Source of the DNA: Candidatus Gemmiger excrementigallinarum
Lineage (GTDB): Bacteria > Bacillota > Clostridia > Oscillospirales > Ruminococcaceae
DNA length: 64,000 bases
Assembly (NCBI GenBank): GCA_019116445.1
Contig: DXBP01000035.1
Span: forward strand, 5,449-69,448
Direction: 5' to 3'
Shown piece after piece: positions 47,176 to 56,639 of this stretch. Numbering within the stretch: the stretch's first letter is position 1; every line of letters starts with the position of its first letter. Made by a program: the position numbers and the translations under genes. A model generated the notes under the pieces. It had not been told where the DNA came from and did not search any database. It saw only the letters and a program-made list of their open reading frames with translations.

Positions 47176-48060
47176 ATGCCAAACGTCGGGATCGTCATCT
47201 CCAACTATAACGGCTGGCAGGACACCGTCCAGTGCCTGGAAAGCCTGCAGAAGCAGACCTACCGGGACTTCGAGATCATCCTGCTGGACGATGCCTCCAC
47301 CAACGATTCGGTGCAGCAGCTGCAAAAGCACCTGACGGAAAACACCGTCTTTCTGCCCCAGGAGGCCAACGTCGGTTTTGCCGCCGCCAATAACGTAGGT
47401 ATGCGCCGGGCGCTGGCCGATGGCTGCGACTGGGTGCTGCTGCTCAACAACGACACGGTGGCCGCACCGGATTTCCTCGAAACCCTGCTGCGGGAAACAC
47501 CGGCCGGGGCGGTCAGCTGCCCCAAGATGCTGTTCCTTGACCCGCCGGATGAGATCTGGTTTGCGGGCGGGGAACTGGACCGCGCCACCGGCAAGGTCCG
47601 GCATCTGGGCGGCCACGAGAAGGACGGCCCGGCCTTTGCCGAAAAAAAGCAGGTCAGCTTCATTACTTTCTGCTGCGTGCTGCTGCCGCGGCAGGTCATC
47701 GAACAGGTGGGCTTTCTGGACGAAACGCTGTTCATGTATTGTGAGGATGTGGACTACTGCATCCGCCTGACTGACGCCGGGGTACCGCTGTGGTTTTTGC
47801 CCGATGCCAAGATCTGGCACAAGGCAGGCGGCAGCGCCGGCGGGATGCTGTCGGTGTATTACATTACCCGCAACACGCTGTATCTGACCTGCAAAGGCAA
47901 AAGCAGGGGCTACATTCGCGCCAGAACGCTGCCGGTGCTCATCGCCGGGGCGGCGCGGTATGCCCTCACAAAACTGCTGGGCCGCAAAAAAGGGCGCAGC
48001 TACGGCGCCTTCCGCGGCGCACTGGATTTCTGGCGCGGCCGGATGGGCCGCATGGAATAA
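47176..48060 (+). CDS. Glycosyltransferase family 2 (rhamnosyltransferase-like)
   Basis: NVGFAAANN, LLNND and FMYCEDVD motifs. Confidence 0.9.
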   Translation: MPNVGIVISNYNGWQDTVQCLESLQKQTYRDFEIILLDDASTNDSVQQLQKHLTENTVFLPQEANVGFAAANNVGMRRALADGCDWVLLLNNDTVAAPDFLETLLRETPAGAVSCPKMLFLDPPDEIWFAGGELDRATGKVRHLGGHEKDGPAFAEKKQVSFITFCCVLLPRQVIEQVGFLDETLFMYCEDVDYCIRLTDAGVPLWFLPDAKIWHKAGGSAGGMLSVYYITRNTLYLTCKGKSRGYIRARTLPVLIAGAARYALTKLLGRKKGRSYGAFRGALDFWRGRMGRME

Positions 48061-48084
48061 CTGCACAAGGGGAGGAGGGCCGTT

Positions 48085-49035
48085 ATGGAAAAAATATTGA
48101 CCGTTCTGGTGGCACAATACCGGCCCGATGCCGCGGCGCTGCGGCGCACGCTGGCCTCTCTGGTTTTGCAGGACACCCGGGACTTTGCCGTGGTGCTGGC
48201 GGACGACGGTTCGCCGCAGAATTATTTCGCCGAGAGTACAGCCTATCTGGCAGCCCACGGCATTACCGGGGTGCAGGCTGTGGCTATGCCGCAAAATGGC
48301 GGCACAGTGTGCAATATACTTCACGCCTTGCAAAAAGTTACCACCCGCTGGGTGCTGACTATCTCGCCGGGGGATTATCTTTACGATGCCGGGACCGTGC
48401 GCTGGTGGCTGGAACGGCTGCAGGCCGATGCCCCCCGGGTGGCCTTTGCCCGGCAGGCGTACTACACGGCGCAGCCGGACCCGACCCCGGTGCCCGGCGA
48501 AACCCCCTTTGACCGTTCCCCCTATGACCCGACCCGTTACGATGGGGCGGCCATCAAGCGCAACCTGCTGCTCTACGACGATGGCATCAGCGGCTGCGGC
48601 ATGGTCTACGAGCGGGATCTGCTGACCGAAGCGCTGCAGACGATGGCCGGGCAGGTCCGGCTGGCCGAAGATTTTTCCCTGCGGCTGTTTGCCGTGCAGG
48701 GGGTGCGCATCCAGCGGTATGACCGCCTGACCAGCTGGTACGAATACGGCGGCGGTGTTTCCACCAACGAAACCGCCCGCCAGCGCATGGCGGCGGAATG
48801 GCGTGCCATGGTGGAACTGCTGCACCGCCAATACCCCAAGGACCGCACGGTGCGGCTGGCCTATGCCTATTTTTTCAATGACCGGCACAAGAGCCGGCTG
48901 GTGCGCGGACTGGTGGGGCGGCTGATCGTGCCCCAGAATGCACCGTTCAAAAAGGCGCAGCGCGCCTGGCAGCCGCCGAACAACGGTGATGCCGCCTTGC
49001 TGCGCCGCATCTACGATACGGCTGTGCAGCCGTAA
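48085..49035 (+). CDS. Glycosyltransferase family 2, divergent DxD (SPGD)
   Basis: LADDGS, ISPGDYLYD, AED and YEYGGGVS motifs. Confidence 0.75.
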   Translation: MEKILTVLVAQYRPDAAALRRTLASLVLQDTRDFAVVLADDGSPQNYFAESTAYLAAHGITGVQAVAMPQNGGTVCNILHALQKVTTRWVLTISPGDYLYDAGTVRWWLERLQADAPRVAFARQAYYTAQPDPTPVPGETPFDRSPYDPTRYDGAAIKRNLLLYDDGISGCGMVYERDLLTEALQTMAGQVRLAEDFSLRLFAVQGVRIQRYDRLTSWYEYGGGVSTNETARQRMAAEWRAMVELLHRQYPKDRTVRLAYAYFFNDRHKSRLVRGLVGRLIVPQNAPFKKAQRAWQPPNNGDAALLRRIYDTAVQP

Positions 49036-49061
49036 TTTATCGGTAAGGAGAAGCCCCGCTC

Positions 49062-50615
49062 ATGAATCAGATTTTGGATACAACGGAAGAAAAGCTGCGC
49101 GGCTGGTGCAAGCGCATCGACCGGTCGCTGCTGGCGGCGGTGTCGCTGGCGGCACTGGCCGGTATGCTGCTGGCCCATGCCTTTGCGTTCATGAACCTGT
49201 TCCCCAACCACGACAGCACCGTGGTGGTGTTTGACGCCCAGTGGACGATGTACACCCTGGGCCGCTGGGCGCAGAATCTGTACTTTCCGCTGATTCGCGG
49301 CAAGGTGGCGGCCCCGTGGCTGATCGGCCTTTTCAGCACGGTGTATATTGCGGTTTCGGGGTATTGCATTGCTTCTTTGCTGCGGCTGCGGCGCAGTGCG
49401 GCGGTGCTGGTGACCGCCCTGCTGGCCTGCTGTGCCACGGTGACGGCGCTGCTGGCCACCTATAATCTGTGGACCGACGCCCATCTGATGGGCATGGTTC
49501 TGGCCTGCCTGGGCGTATTCTGCCTGGAAAAGGCAAAGCCGGTTCCCGGCTTTTGTGTGGCAGCGGTGCTGTTCTGCGGGTGCCTGGCTTTCTATCAGGC
49601 TTATATTCAGTTCGCCCTGGGACTGTTTTTGCTGGTTCTGGTGCGGCAGGCGCTGGAAGATACCCCCTGGCGGACCTGGCTGCTCCATGGCGTTCGTGCC
49701 CTGGCCAGCCTGGCGGCAGGCGCTGTCCTCTACCTGATTTCCGTAAAAATTTCGCTGGCGCTGACCGGTTACCAGCTGTCTGATACCGGCAACGGTCTGG
49801 TACAGCTGCTCCGCCTGGGGCCGGCGGCTATTCTGGCCGGCATACCGGCAACGTACAAGAATTTCTTCCAGACCCTGCTGGGCTATTCCGGCTGGAATGA
49901 CCGCGGTATGCGGGTGGCAACGGCCCTGATGCTGCTGCTCACCCTGTGGGGACTGTTTGTGCGGCTGCGCGGACAAAAGCGCCGCGCCGTGGTGCAGACG
50001 CTGTTGGCGGTGGCGCTGCTGCCGCTGGGCCTGAATGTGGTGTATCTGCTGGCGTCCGGCAACGTGTACATTCTGATGCAGCATGCGCTGTTCCTGGTGT
50101 ATGCCCTGCCGCTGATGCTGCTTTCGGGGCAGGAACTGCCCAATCCGCCCCGGGCGCTTTGGCGCTGGTGCGGGGCGGCGCTGTGCGTGTTCCTTATCGG
50201 CCGTATGGTCATCTGCGCCAACGGCGCCTATGTTTACACCAAGTTCGTCTATGACCAGACGGCCCGCCAGATGACCACCGTGATGGCCGAAGTGCAAAAG
50301 CTGCCCGGCTATGAGGAAGGCACCACGCCGGTGGCTTTTGTGGGCGACTTTACCGATTCCCTGTTTGCCTACCATGACCCGGCGTTCAGCCGCTATGAGG
50401 AAGGCGACCTGCATCAGGTCAATTCCGCGGTGACCTACGATGGCACCATCAAATGGTGGTTCCAGCATGTGATGGGCAGCACGGCCAACGTGGTGGCGGA
50501 CCAGGCACAGCTCAACGCCTGGGCGGAGGATGCCCGCGTGGAGGAAATGCCGGTCTATCCCTATGACGGATACTGCGCCATGATCGACGGCACGGCGGTC
50601 GTCAGGATTTCTTAA
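49062..50615 (+). CDS. Integral membrane GT-C glycosyltransferase (GtrII-like)
   Basis: NHD, LGRW and FYQAY motifs; about 10 TM helices; C-terminal MPVYPYDG. Confidence 0.8.
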   Translation: MNQILDTTEEKLRGWCKRIDRSLLAAVSLAALAGMLLAHAFAFMNLFPNHDSTVVVFDAQWTMYTLGRWAQNLYFPLIRGKVAAPWLIGLFSTVYIAVSGYCIASLLRLRRSAAVLVTALLACCATVTALLATYNLWTDAHLMGMVLACLGVFCLEKAKPVPGFCVAAVLFCGCLAFYQAYIQFALGLFLLVLVRQALEDTPWRTWLLHGVRALASLAAGAVLYLISVKISLALTGYQLSDTGNGLVQLLRLGPAAILAGIPATYKNFFQTLLGYSGWNDRGMRVATALMLLLTLWGLFVRLRGQKRRAVVQTLLAVALLPLGLNVVYLLASGNVYILMQHALFLVYALPLMLLSGQELPNPPRALWRWCGAALCVFLIGRMVICANGAYVYTKFVYDQTARQMTTVMAEVQKLPGYEEGTTPVAFVGDFTDSLFAYHDPAFSRYEEGDLHQVNSAVTYDGTIKWWFQHVMGSTANVVADQAQLNAWAEDARVEEMPVYPYDGYCAMIDGTAVVRIS

Positions 50616-50631
50616 AGAAAGGCAGCAAACG

Positions 50632-51045
50632 ATGATTCTTCAAACCATCAGCATGAAAAGCGTCACGGCTGAGGGCATGGGTACGCTTTCGGTCTTTGAG
50701 GCGGAGCGGGATGTCCCCTTTGCCATCAAGCGCATTTACTATATCCACGGTGCGCCCAAGGGGGTGCAGCGGGGCGGCCATGCCCACAAGGCGCTGCGCC
50801 AGGTGCTTTGGTGCCCTTACGGCAGCATCCTCATCCGCCTGGACGACGGCACCGAAAAGACCGAGGTACTGCTCAATGACCCGGCCAAGGGGCTGATCGT
50901 GGAACATTATATGTGGCGGGAAATGATCTGGCAGCAGGATGATTCGGTGCTGTGTGTGGCGGCGGATTCCTACTACGATGCCGACGATTATATCCGGGAC
51001 TATGATGCGTTCCTGGCAGCGGTAGGCAAGGGGGAAATGTCATGA
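50632..51045 (+). CDS. dTDP-4-keto-6-deoxyglucose 3,4-ketoisomerase (FdtA/QdtA)
   Basis: PFAIKRIYY, RGGHAHK and DYIRDY cupin motifs. Confidence 0.92.
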   Translation: MILQTISMKSVTAEGMGTLSVFEAERDVPFAIKRIYYIHGAPKGVQRGGHAHKALRQVLWCPYGSILIRLDDGTEKTEVLLNDPAKGLIVEHYMWREMIWQQDDSVLCVAADSYYDADDYIRDYDAFLAAVGKGEMS

Positions 51046-51515
51046 TTCAGCTGCGCCGTCTGCACACGCAGGATGCCGTACGTATGCTGGAATGGATGCA
51101 CGATCCCGATACGGTTGCCTATATGCATGCGAACTTTGCAGCGATGACCGAGGCAGATTGCCTTCGTTTTATTCAGGCAGCGTCCAAGGATCGTCCCGGC
51201 CTGCACCGCGCCGTTGTGGATGAAAAGGACCTGTACCTCGGTACTGTCAGCTTGAAAGCGGTGGATGATATCACCCGCAGCGCAGAGTTTGCCATTGCAA
51301 TGCATCCCGCAACCAGAGGCAGTGGTCAAGCCGGGGAAGCCATGCAGGCAATCCTGCATCTTGGCTTTGCAGAGTTGGGACTGAAAAAAATCTATTGGTG
51401 TGTGGATGTTCAGAATCTGCGTGCCCGCCGCTTTTATGAGAAGCAGGGATATCTGCCCCGCAGCCGGGAACCGGATGAAAACGGCTTGCTCTGGTACGAA
51501 ATTTCTGCCCGGTAA
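51042..51515 (+). CDS. GNAT N-acyltransferase, probably acting on dTDP-3-amino sugar
   Basis: RGSG acetyl-CoA motif and NLRARRFYEKQG; ATGA overlap with the ketoisomerase gene. Confidence 0.8.
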   Translation: MIQLRRLHTQDAVRMLEWMHDPDTVAYMHANFAAMTEADCLRFIQAASKDRPGLHRAVVDEKDLYLGTVSLKAVDDITRSAEFAIAMHPATRGSGQAGEAMQAILHLGFAELGLKKIYWCVDVQNLRARRFYEKQGYLPRSREPDENGLLWYEISAR

Positions 51516-51527
51516 GGAGTTCTTTGC

Positions 51528-52586
51528 ATGCAGCAACCCAAAGTCAGCGTACTCATCTCATTTTATAATCTGGCCCCCTACGTGGACCAGACGCTGGAAA
51601 GCGTCCTGGCCCAAAAGACGGATTTTCCCGTGGAAGTCCTCTGTGCCGATGATTGTTCGGACGACGGCACCATCGAAAAGCTGCGCATCTGGGAGCAGAA
51701 ATACCCCGATTCGGTGCGGGTGTTCGTGATGGATCGCATCCCCGGCGCCAAATACGAGGCCAACGAGCGCATCCGGCGGATGAACGCCATCCGCGGGCGG
51801 CTGTTCTATGAGGCCAAGGGGGAATACGTCTGCTACCTGGACGGTGACGATTTTTACACCGACGAGCACAAATTACAGAAGCAGGCGGACATTCTCGACG
51901 CCGACACAGAGCACAAATATGTGGGCTGCGGGCACAACGGCTGTTATTATTGGGAAAGCACCGGCAAGACCGAACCCATCGAGAAGCCGCTGCGGGCCTG
52001 CAGCCTGACGGCCAAGGAATACTGGAGTTTCCTGTATATTCACACCAATGCCCTGATGCTGCGCAACGTGGGTCTGCAGGGCATCGACCCGTATGCCAGC
52101 GGTGTGCAGATCATTGACAATATGCTGACTTTCCAGTTTTTGCCCTACGGCGGCATCTACTACCTGCCCGATTGTATGTTCAACTACCGCCAGATGGAAG
52201 GCAGCACCTACCATCGCCGCAGCGTCTACCAGAACTATATCCTCAACGCACTGATGCTGTACCAGCAATCGGCGGTCTGCAAGGGATTTTTTGCCAGCGG
52301 TCTGGTGCGTTTTGTATATGAATACCAGCAGCTGTTTGCTGCCCGCAAAAACCCCCAGCTGGCGAAAGAAGCCCAGACTTATATGGAAAACATCCGCACC
52401 TACCATGCGGGGCGTTTGCGGCGCATCGTCAACTATAGCAATGAAAATGTGCTGATCCGTCTATGGTGCGAGATAGAAAACGCCTTCTGGTTTTTTATGA
52501 CCCGGGTCTGCCGCCATTTTATCTGGAAACCCAAGGTGCGTGCCCTGCTGGAGGAAGCACGCCAAAAGCAGGAACAGAATGCCTGA
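51528..52586 (+). CDS. Glycosyltransferase family 2 (Fuc3NAc/Qui3NAc transferase candidate)
   Basis: DDCSDDGT, YLDGDDFY and KLQKQ motifs. Confidence 0.85.
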   Translation: MQQPKVSVLISFYNLAPYVDQTLESVLAQKTDFPVEVLCADDCSDDGTIEKLRIWEQKYPDSVRVFVMDRIPGAKYEANERIRRMNAIRGRLFYEAKGEYVCYLDGDDFYTDEHKLQKQADILDADTEHKYVGCGHNGCYYWESTGKTEPIEKPLRACSLTAKEYWSFLYIHTNALMLRNVGLQGIDPYASGVQIIDNMLTFQFLPYGGIYYLPDCMFNYRQMEGSTYHRRSVYQNYILNALMLYQQSAVCKGFFASGLVRFVYEYQQLFAARKNPQLAKEAQTYMENIRTYHAGRLRRIVNYSNENVLIRLWCEIENAFWFFMTRVCRHFIWKPKVRALLEEARQKQEQNA

Positions 52587-52604
52587 AGAGGGAAGGAACA
52601 TCCT

Positions 52605-53717
52605 ATGGAAGATATGCATGAACTGACGGCCGAACAGCAGGCCCAGTTGCTGCGCCGGGAACTGGAAGCGGTCTATGGTTCCTCGTCTTACAAGATCGGC
52701 CGTGCCATTACCTGGTTGCCGCGCCATGCTGTGCGGGGGTTGAAATATCTTTTGCACAATGGACCGGTCACCAGTGTGCGGTACATCATTCTCTACGCCA
52801 AATACCACAAGATCGCCAACAAGAACTACGCCTACTGGGCCTGCCTGAAAGAAAAGGACTATCCGGAAGCGCTGAAAAAGTGGTTTTTGGAAACCAACTA
52901 CAGCCATACGCCGCTGGACCTGGAACATCCCAAAACATTCAGCGAGAAAACCCAATGGCTCAAGCTGCACGACCACCTGGATGAAAAGTATATGCTGGTG
53001 GACAAATATCTTGTGCGTGACTGGGTCAAAGAGAAGATCGGCGAGGAGTATCTGATCCCGCTGCTGGGCGTCTACGATCATTTTGACGATATCGACTTTG
53101 ACAAACTGCCCGATAAATTTATGCTCAAGACCAACCACGGCGCGGGCTGGAACATCCCGGTGCTGGACAAGAGCAAGTTTGATAAGGCTGCCGCCAAAGA
53201 AAAGGTGGAGTGCTGGCTCAAGCTGAACTATTGTTATCTGATGGGCGGACTGGATCGCCAGTACGAGAAGATTCGGCCCCGCATCATCATTGAGCAGTAT
53301 ATCGAGAACAACGGCGGCGACCTCTACGATTACAAGTTCTTCTGCTTTCACGGGGAGCCCCGTCTTATTCTGTATATTACGGACCGATACACCGATGGGC
53401 AGGAGCGGATGATCTTCTACGATACAGATTGGAACCTGCAGCCCTTCAACTATGATATGCCGCTGGAACAGCCCCAGGATATTCCGCGCCCGAAAAACCT
53501 CGAAAAGATGGTGGAGATTGCACGGACCCTCAGCGCCGGATTTACGATGGTGCGGGTGGACCTGTATTCGCTGCCCGACGGCACCATCAAGTTCGGCGAA
53601 TTGACGCTTACCACCGAAAGCGGCATCTCCCGCTGGCATCCCGAAAGCGCCAACCTCTATGTGGGCAGCATGATGCACCTTCCCGGTGTGGACGACGTGC
53701 CGGCGGATGGGCAGTAA
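52605..53717 (+). CDS. TupA-like ATP-grasp amidoligase with an N-terminal extension
   Basis: PKTFSEKTQWLKL, VDKYLVR, KTNHG, DYKFFCF, RVDLY and FGELT motifs. Confidence 0.88.
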   Translation: MEDMHELTAEQQAQLLRRELEAVYGSSSYKIGRAITWLPRHAVRGLKYLLHNGPVTSVRYIILYAKYHKIANKNYAYWACLKEKDYPEALKKWFLETNYSHTPLDLEHPKTFSEKTQWLKLHDHLDEKYMLVDKYLVRDWVKEKIGEEYLIPLLGVYDHFDDIDFDKLPDKFMLKTNHGAGWNIPVLDKSKFDKAAAKEKVECWLKLNYCYLMGGLDRQYEKIRPRIIIEQYIENNGGDLYDYKFFCFHGEPRLILYITDRYTDGQERMIFYDTDWNLQPFNYDMPLEQPQDIPRPKNLEKMVEIARTLSAGFTMVRVDLYSLPDGTIKFGELTLTTESGISRWHPESANLYVGSMMHLPGVDDVPADGQ

Positions 53718-53727
53718 AGGAATCGTT

Positions 53728-54726
53728 ATGCTGGAACAAACTCCGAAAATCAGTGTACTGGTGCCGGTCTATAAGGCTGAAGAAACGCTGGATGCCTGTG
53801 TGGAGAGCATCCTGGCCCAGACGCTGGAAGATTTTGAACTGCTGCTGGTGGATGACGAAAGTCCCGACGATTGCCCGGCCCTCTGTGATGCCTGGGCAGC
53901 CAAAGACCCGCGCATCCGGGCCCTGCACCCGAAAAAGACGGGGCCGGGCCCTTCCGGGGCGCGCAATGCCGGGCTGGACGCCGCCCGCGCCGACTGGATC
54001 ACCATGGTGGACAGTGACGATACCGTAGCCCCCGATCTGCTTGCCACCCTGTATACGGCGGCCCGGGGCAGCGGCGCTGACCTGGTGATTTGTAATTGCT
54101 GCCGTGTGAAGCCGGACGGTACCCGGCTGCCGCTGCCGGGCCAGCAGCGCTTTCCGGTGGATACCATCCTGCAGGAAGAGCAGTTCTGGGATGCCTTCGG
54201 AACCCCCTGGATCAATCAGTTCACCGGTACGGCCCACCGGCTGTATGCCGCCAGACTGTTTGACGGGGTGCGCTATCCCCAGGGGATGCTGCACGAAGAC
54301 TACTATGTGCTGCCCGATCTCATTGCCCGTTGCGGTAAGGTGCAGTGCCTGGCTTACACCGGGTACTATGTGCTGCAACACGAGGGCAGTATCACGGCCA
54401 CGGCCCGCCACGAGGTGCGCCTGGCCATGACCCGCGGGGACATTCACCGGGCGGATTATTTCCTGTCCCGGGGCTGGTATGACCGGGCCGAAGGGGCGCT
54501 GACCGATGCGGCGGAATTCCTCTACCGCAACAAGGCAGCCTACGACCTGCGCAAGCCCGGCCACCGGGCGGAATTTGCCGCTGTCAAAGGGGAGCTCTGC
54601 CGTGCATATAACGAGCTGGCAGCCCAAAAAGGAGCGCGCTCGCTCAAACTGCGTGCCGCGGCTCTGCGCATGGGGCTGCCGGTATTCCATGCCTACCGGG
54701 CCCTGCTGGCTGCCCGGCACAGCTGA
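53728..54726 (+). CDS. Glycosyltransferase family 2
   Basis: VPVYK, SGARNAG, VDSDD and HED motifs. Confidence 0.9.
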   Translation: MLEQTPKISVLVPVYKAEETLDACVESILAQTLEDFELLLVDDESPDDCPALCDAWAAKDPRIRALHPKKTGPGPSGARNAGLDAARADWITMVDSDDTVAPDLLATLYTAARGSGADLVICNCCRVKPDGTRLPLPGQQRFPVDTILQEEQFWDAFGTPWINQFTGTAHRLYAARLFDGVRYPQGMLHEDYYVLPDLIARCGKVQCLAYTGYYVLQHEGSITATARHEVRLAMTRGDIHRADYFLSRGWYDRAEGALTDAAEFLYRNKAAYDLRKPGHRAEFAAVKGELCRAYNELAAQKGARSLKLRAAALRMGLPVFHAYRALLAARHS

Positions 54727-54749
54727 TTTTGTCAGGAAAGGAGCCTGCC

Positions 54750-55718
54750 ATGCCTGCCATCAGTGTCATCATACCGGTGTATAAAGTGGAACCCTATCTG
54801 GACGCCTGTGTGGCCAGTGTGGCGGCCCAGACCTTCTCCGACCTGGAAATTTTGCTGGTAGATGACGGCAGCCCCGACGGCTGCCCGGCCCTGTGCGATG
54901 CCTGGGCCCAAAAGGACCCCCGGGTGCGGGTGATCCACCGGGAAAACGGCGGCCTTTCGGCGGCACGCAATACCGGCATCGATGCAGCCACGGGGCAATT
55001 CCTAGCCTTCGTGGATTCGGATGATCTGCTGGAACCGGACACCCTGCGCCGGGCTTACGAGGCCCAGCGCCAGCACGATGCCGATTTGGTGATTTTCAAT
55101 CTGGTGTATGTGGATGAGCACAACACGCCGCTGCCCGCCCCGGATTTTACCGGCTTCCGGGATGAAGTTCTGGACGCAGACGGCGTATGGCAGCGTTATT
55201 TTGCCTTGGCCGAACAGAAGATTTATTATGTGGTGGCCTGGAACAAACTGTATAAGAGGGAACTCTTTGCCGATCTGCGGTACGCCGAGGGCAAACGGTA
55301 CGAGGACCAGTTCCTGCTGCCCGGCCTGCTGGCCCGGTGTAAGACCATTGCCTGCCTTGGCTATCCCGGGTACCGCTATGTGCAGCGGGGTGGCAGTATT
55401 ATGGCTCAGGGGTCCAGCCGCAACTATCTGGACCGCAGCGAATTCCTGCTGGAATGGTGTGCCTATTTTGCCGGTAAGGGCGATGTGCTGCGGGCCGAGG
55501 GCCTTTTGAACGACGCCATTCGTAATCTCAGCGAGAAAGAGCGGTTTGACCTTTCCACCAAAGGGCGGCAGGTCCGGTACCGTACGGCCTGCCGCGGCTG
55601 TGCCGATGCCTACCGCATGCTGGCACGCCGGACCGGACAGCGCAGCATGGCGCTGCGGGCTTTTTTGCTGCGGTTGGGCTTGCCGGTCTATCTTAGATTC
55701 TTGCAAAGCAGGCAGTGA
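54750..55718 (+). CDS. Glycosyltransferase family 2 (paralogue of the preceding gene)
   Basis: NGGLSAARNTG, FVDSDD, WNKLY and YED motifs. Confidence 0.9.
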   Translation: MPAISVIIPVYKVEPYLDACVASVAAQTFSDLEILLVDDGSPDGCPALCDAWAQKDPRVRVIHRENGGLSAARNTGIDAATGQFLAFVDSDDLLEPDTLRRAYEAQRQHDADLVIFNLVYVDEHNTPLPAPDFTGFRDEVLDADGVWQRYFALAEQKIYYVVAWNKLYKRELFADLRYAEGKRYEDQFLLPGLLARCKTIACLGYPGYRYVQRGGSIMAQGSSRNYLDRSEFLLEWCAYFAGKGDVLRAEGLLNDAIRNLSEKERFDLSTKGRQVRYRTACRGCADAYRMLARRTGQRSMALRAFLLRLGLPVYLRFLQSRQ

Positions 55719-55765
55719 GCACATTGCCATCCGGTGCGCGGCACCGAAGAAAAAAGGAGCAACAC

Positions 55766-56626
55766 ATGGAGCAGATGCAAAAGCAATACCACGTCCACTA
55801 CAGCCCTGCCAAAGGTTGGGCCCGGGTGGATTTCCACGAACTGTGGCGCTATAAAGACCTGATCTGGCTGTTTGTCAAACGGGACTTCACCGTCATGTAC
55901 AAACAGACGGTGCTGGGCCCGGCGTGGGTGCTCATCAACCCCATTCTGTCCGCCGCCATGTATACCGTTATGTTCGGCGTCATCGCGGGCCTGTCCACCG
56001 ATGGCGTCCCTCAGACCTTGTTCTATCTGGCCGGCAGCGCGCTGTGGGGCTTTTTTGCGGCCTGTATCAATAAGATTTCGGCCACTTTTACCACCAACTC
56101 CGCTATCTTCAGTAAGGTGTATTTCCCGCGCCTAGCCATGCCTATTTCCACCATGCTGTCGGCGCTCATCAACTTTTTGCTGCAGTTTGCCATGTTCTTT
56201 ATCATGCTGCTGTACTATGTGGCCAAAGGGGCGGTTCACCCCAACTGGGCTATGATGCCCCTCACCGTGCTGCTGCTGGTTCAGGTGGGATTGCTGGGCC
56301 TGGGCTGCGGCATCATCGTGTCCAGCCTGACCACCCGGTACCGCGACCTGATGGTGGTGGTCACCTTCGGTGTGCAGCTGTGGATGTACGGCACGCCGGT
56401 GGTCTATCCGCTGTCCATGGTCAGCGGCATGAGCCGGGTACTCTATGTGGCTATGCTTCTGAATCCTATGACGGCCCCCATGGAATCTTTCCGCTATATT
56501 TTCTTCGGCTCCGGGCAGGTCAGTGTTCTGATGTGGGCCATTTCCATTTTGTGGACCATCGCCTTGCTGGCGCTGGGGCTTTCGCTGTTCAGCAAGGTTG
56601 AAAAGACCTTTGTGGATACCGTGTAA
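55766..56626 (+). CDS. wzm: ABC-2 polysaccharide exporter permease
   Basis: RDFTVMYKQTVLG, KVYFPR, YRD and TPVVYP motifs. Confidence 0.92.
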   Translation: MEQMQKQYHVHYSPAKGWARVDFHELWRYKDLIWLFVKRDFTVMYKQTVLGPAWVLINPILSAAMYTVMFGVIAGLSTDGVPQTLFYLAGSALWGFFAACINKISATFTTNSAIFSKVYFPRLAMPISTMLSALINFLLQFAMFFIMLLYYVAKGAVHPNWAMMPLTVLLLVQVGLLGLGCGIIVSSLTTRYRDLMVVVTFGVQLWMYGTPVVYPLSMVSGMSRVLYVAMLLNPMTAPMESFRYIFFGSGQVSVLMWAISILWTIALLALGLSLFSKVEKTFVDTV

Positions 56627-56639
56627 GGAGGACCGTATC

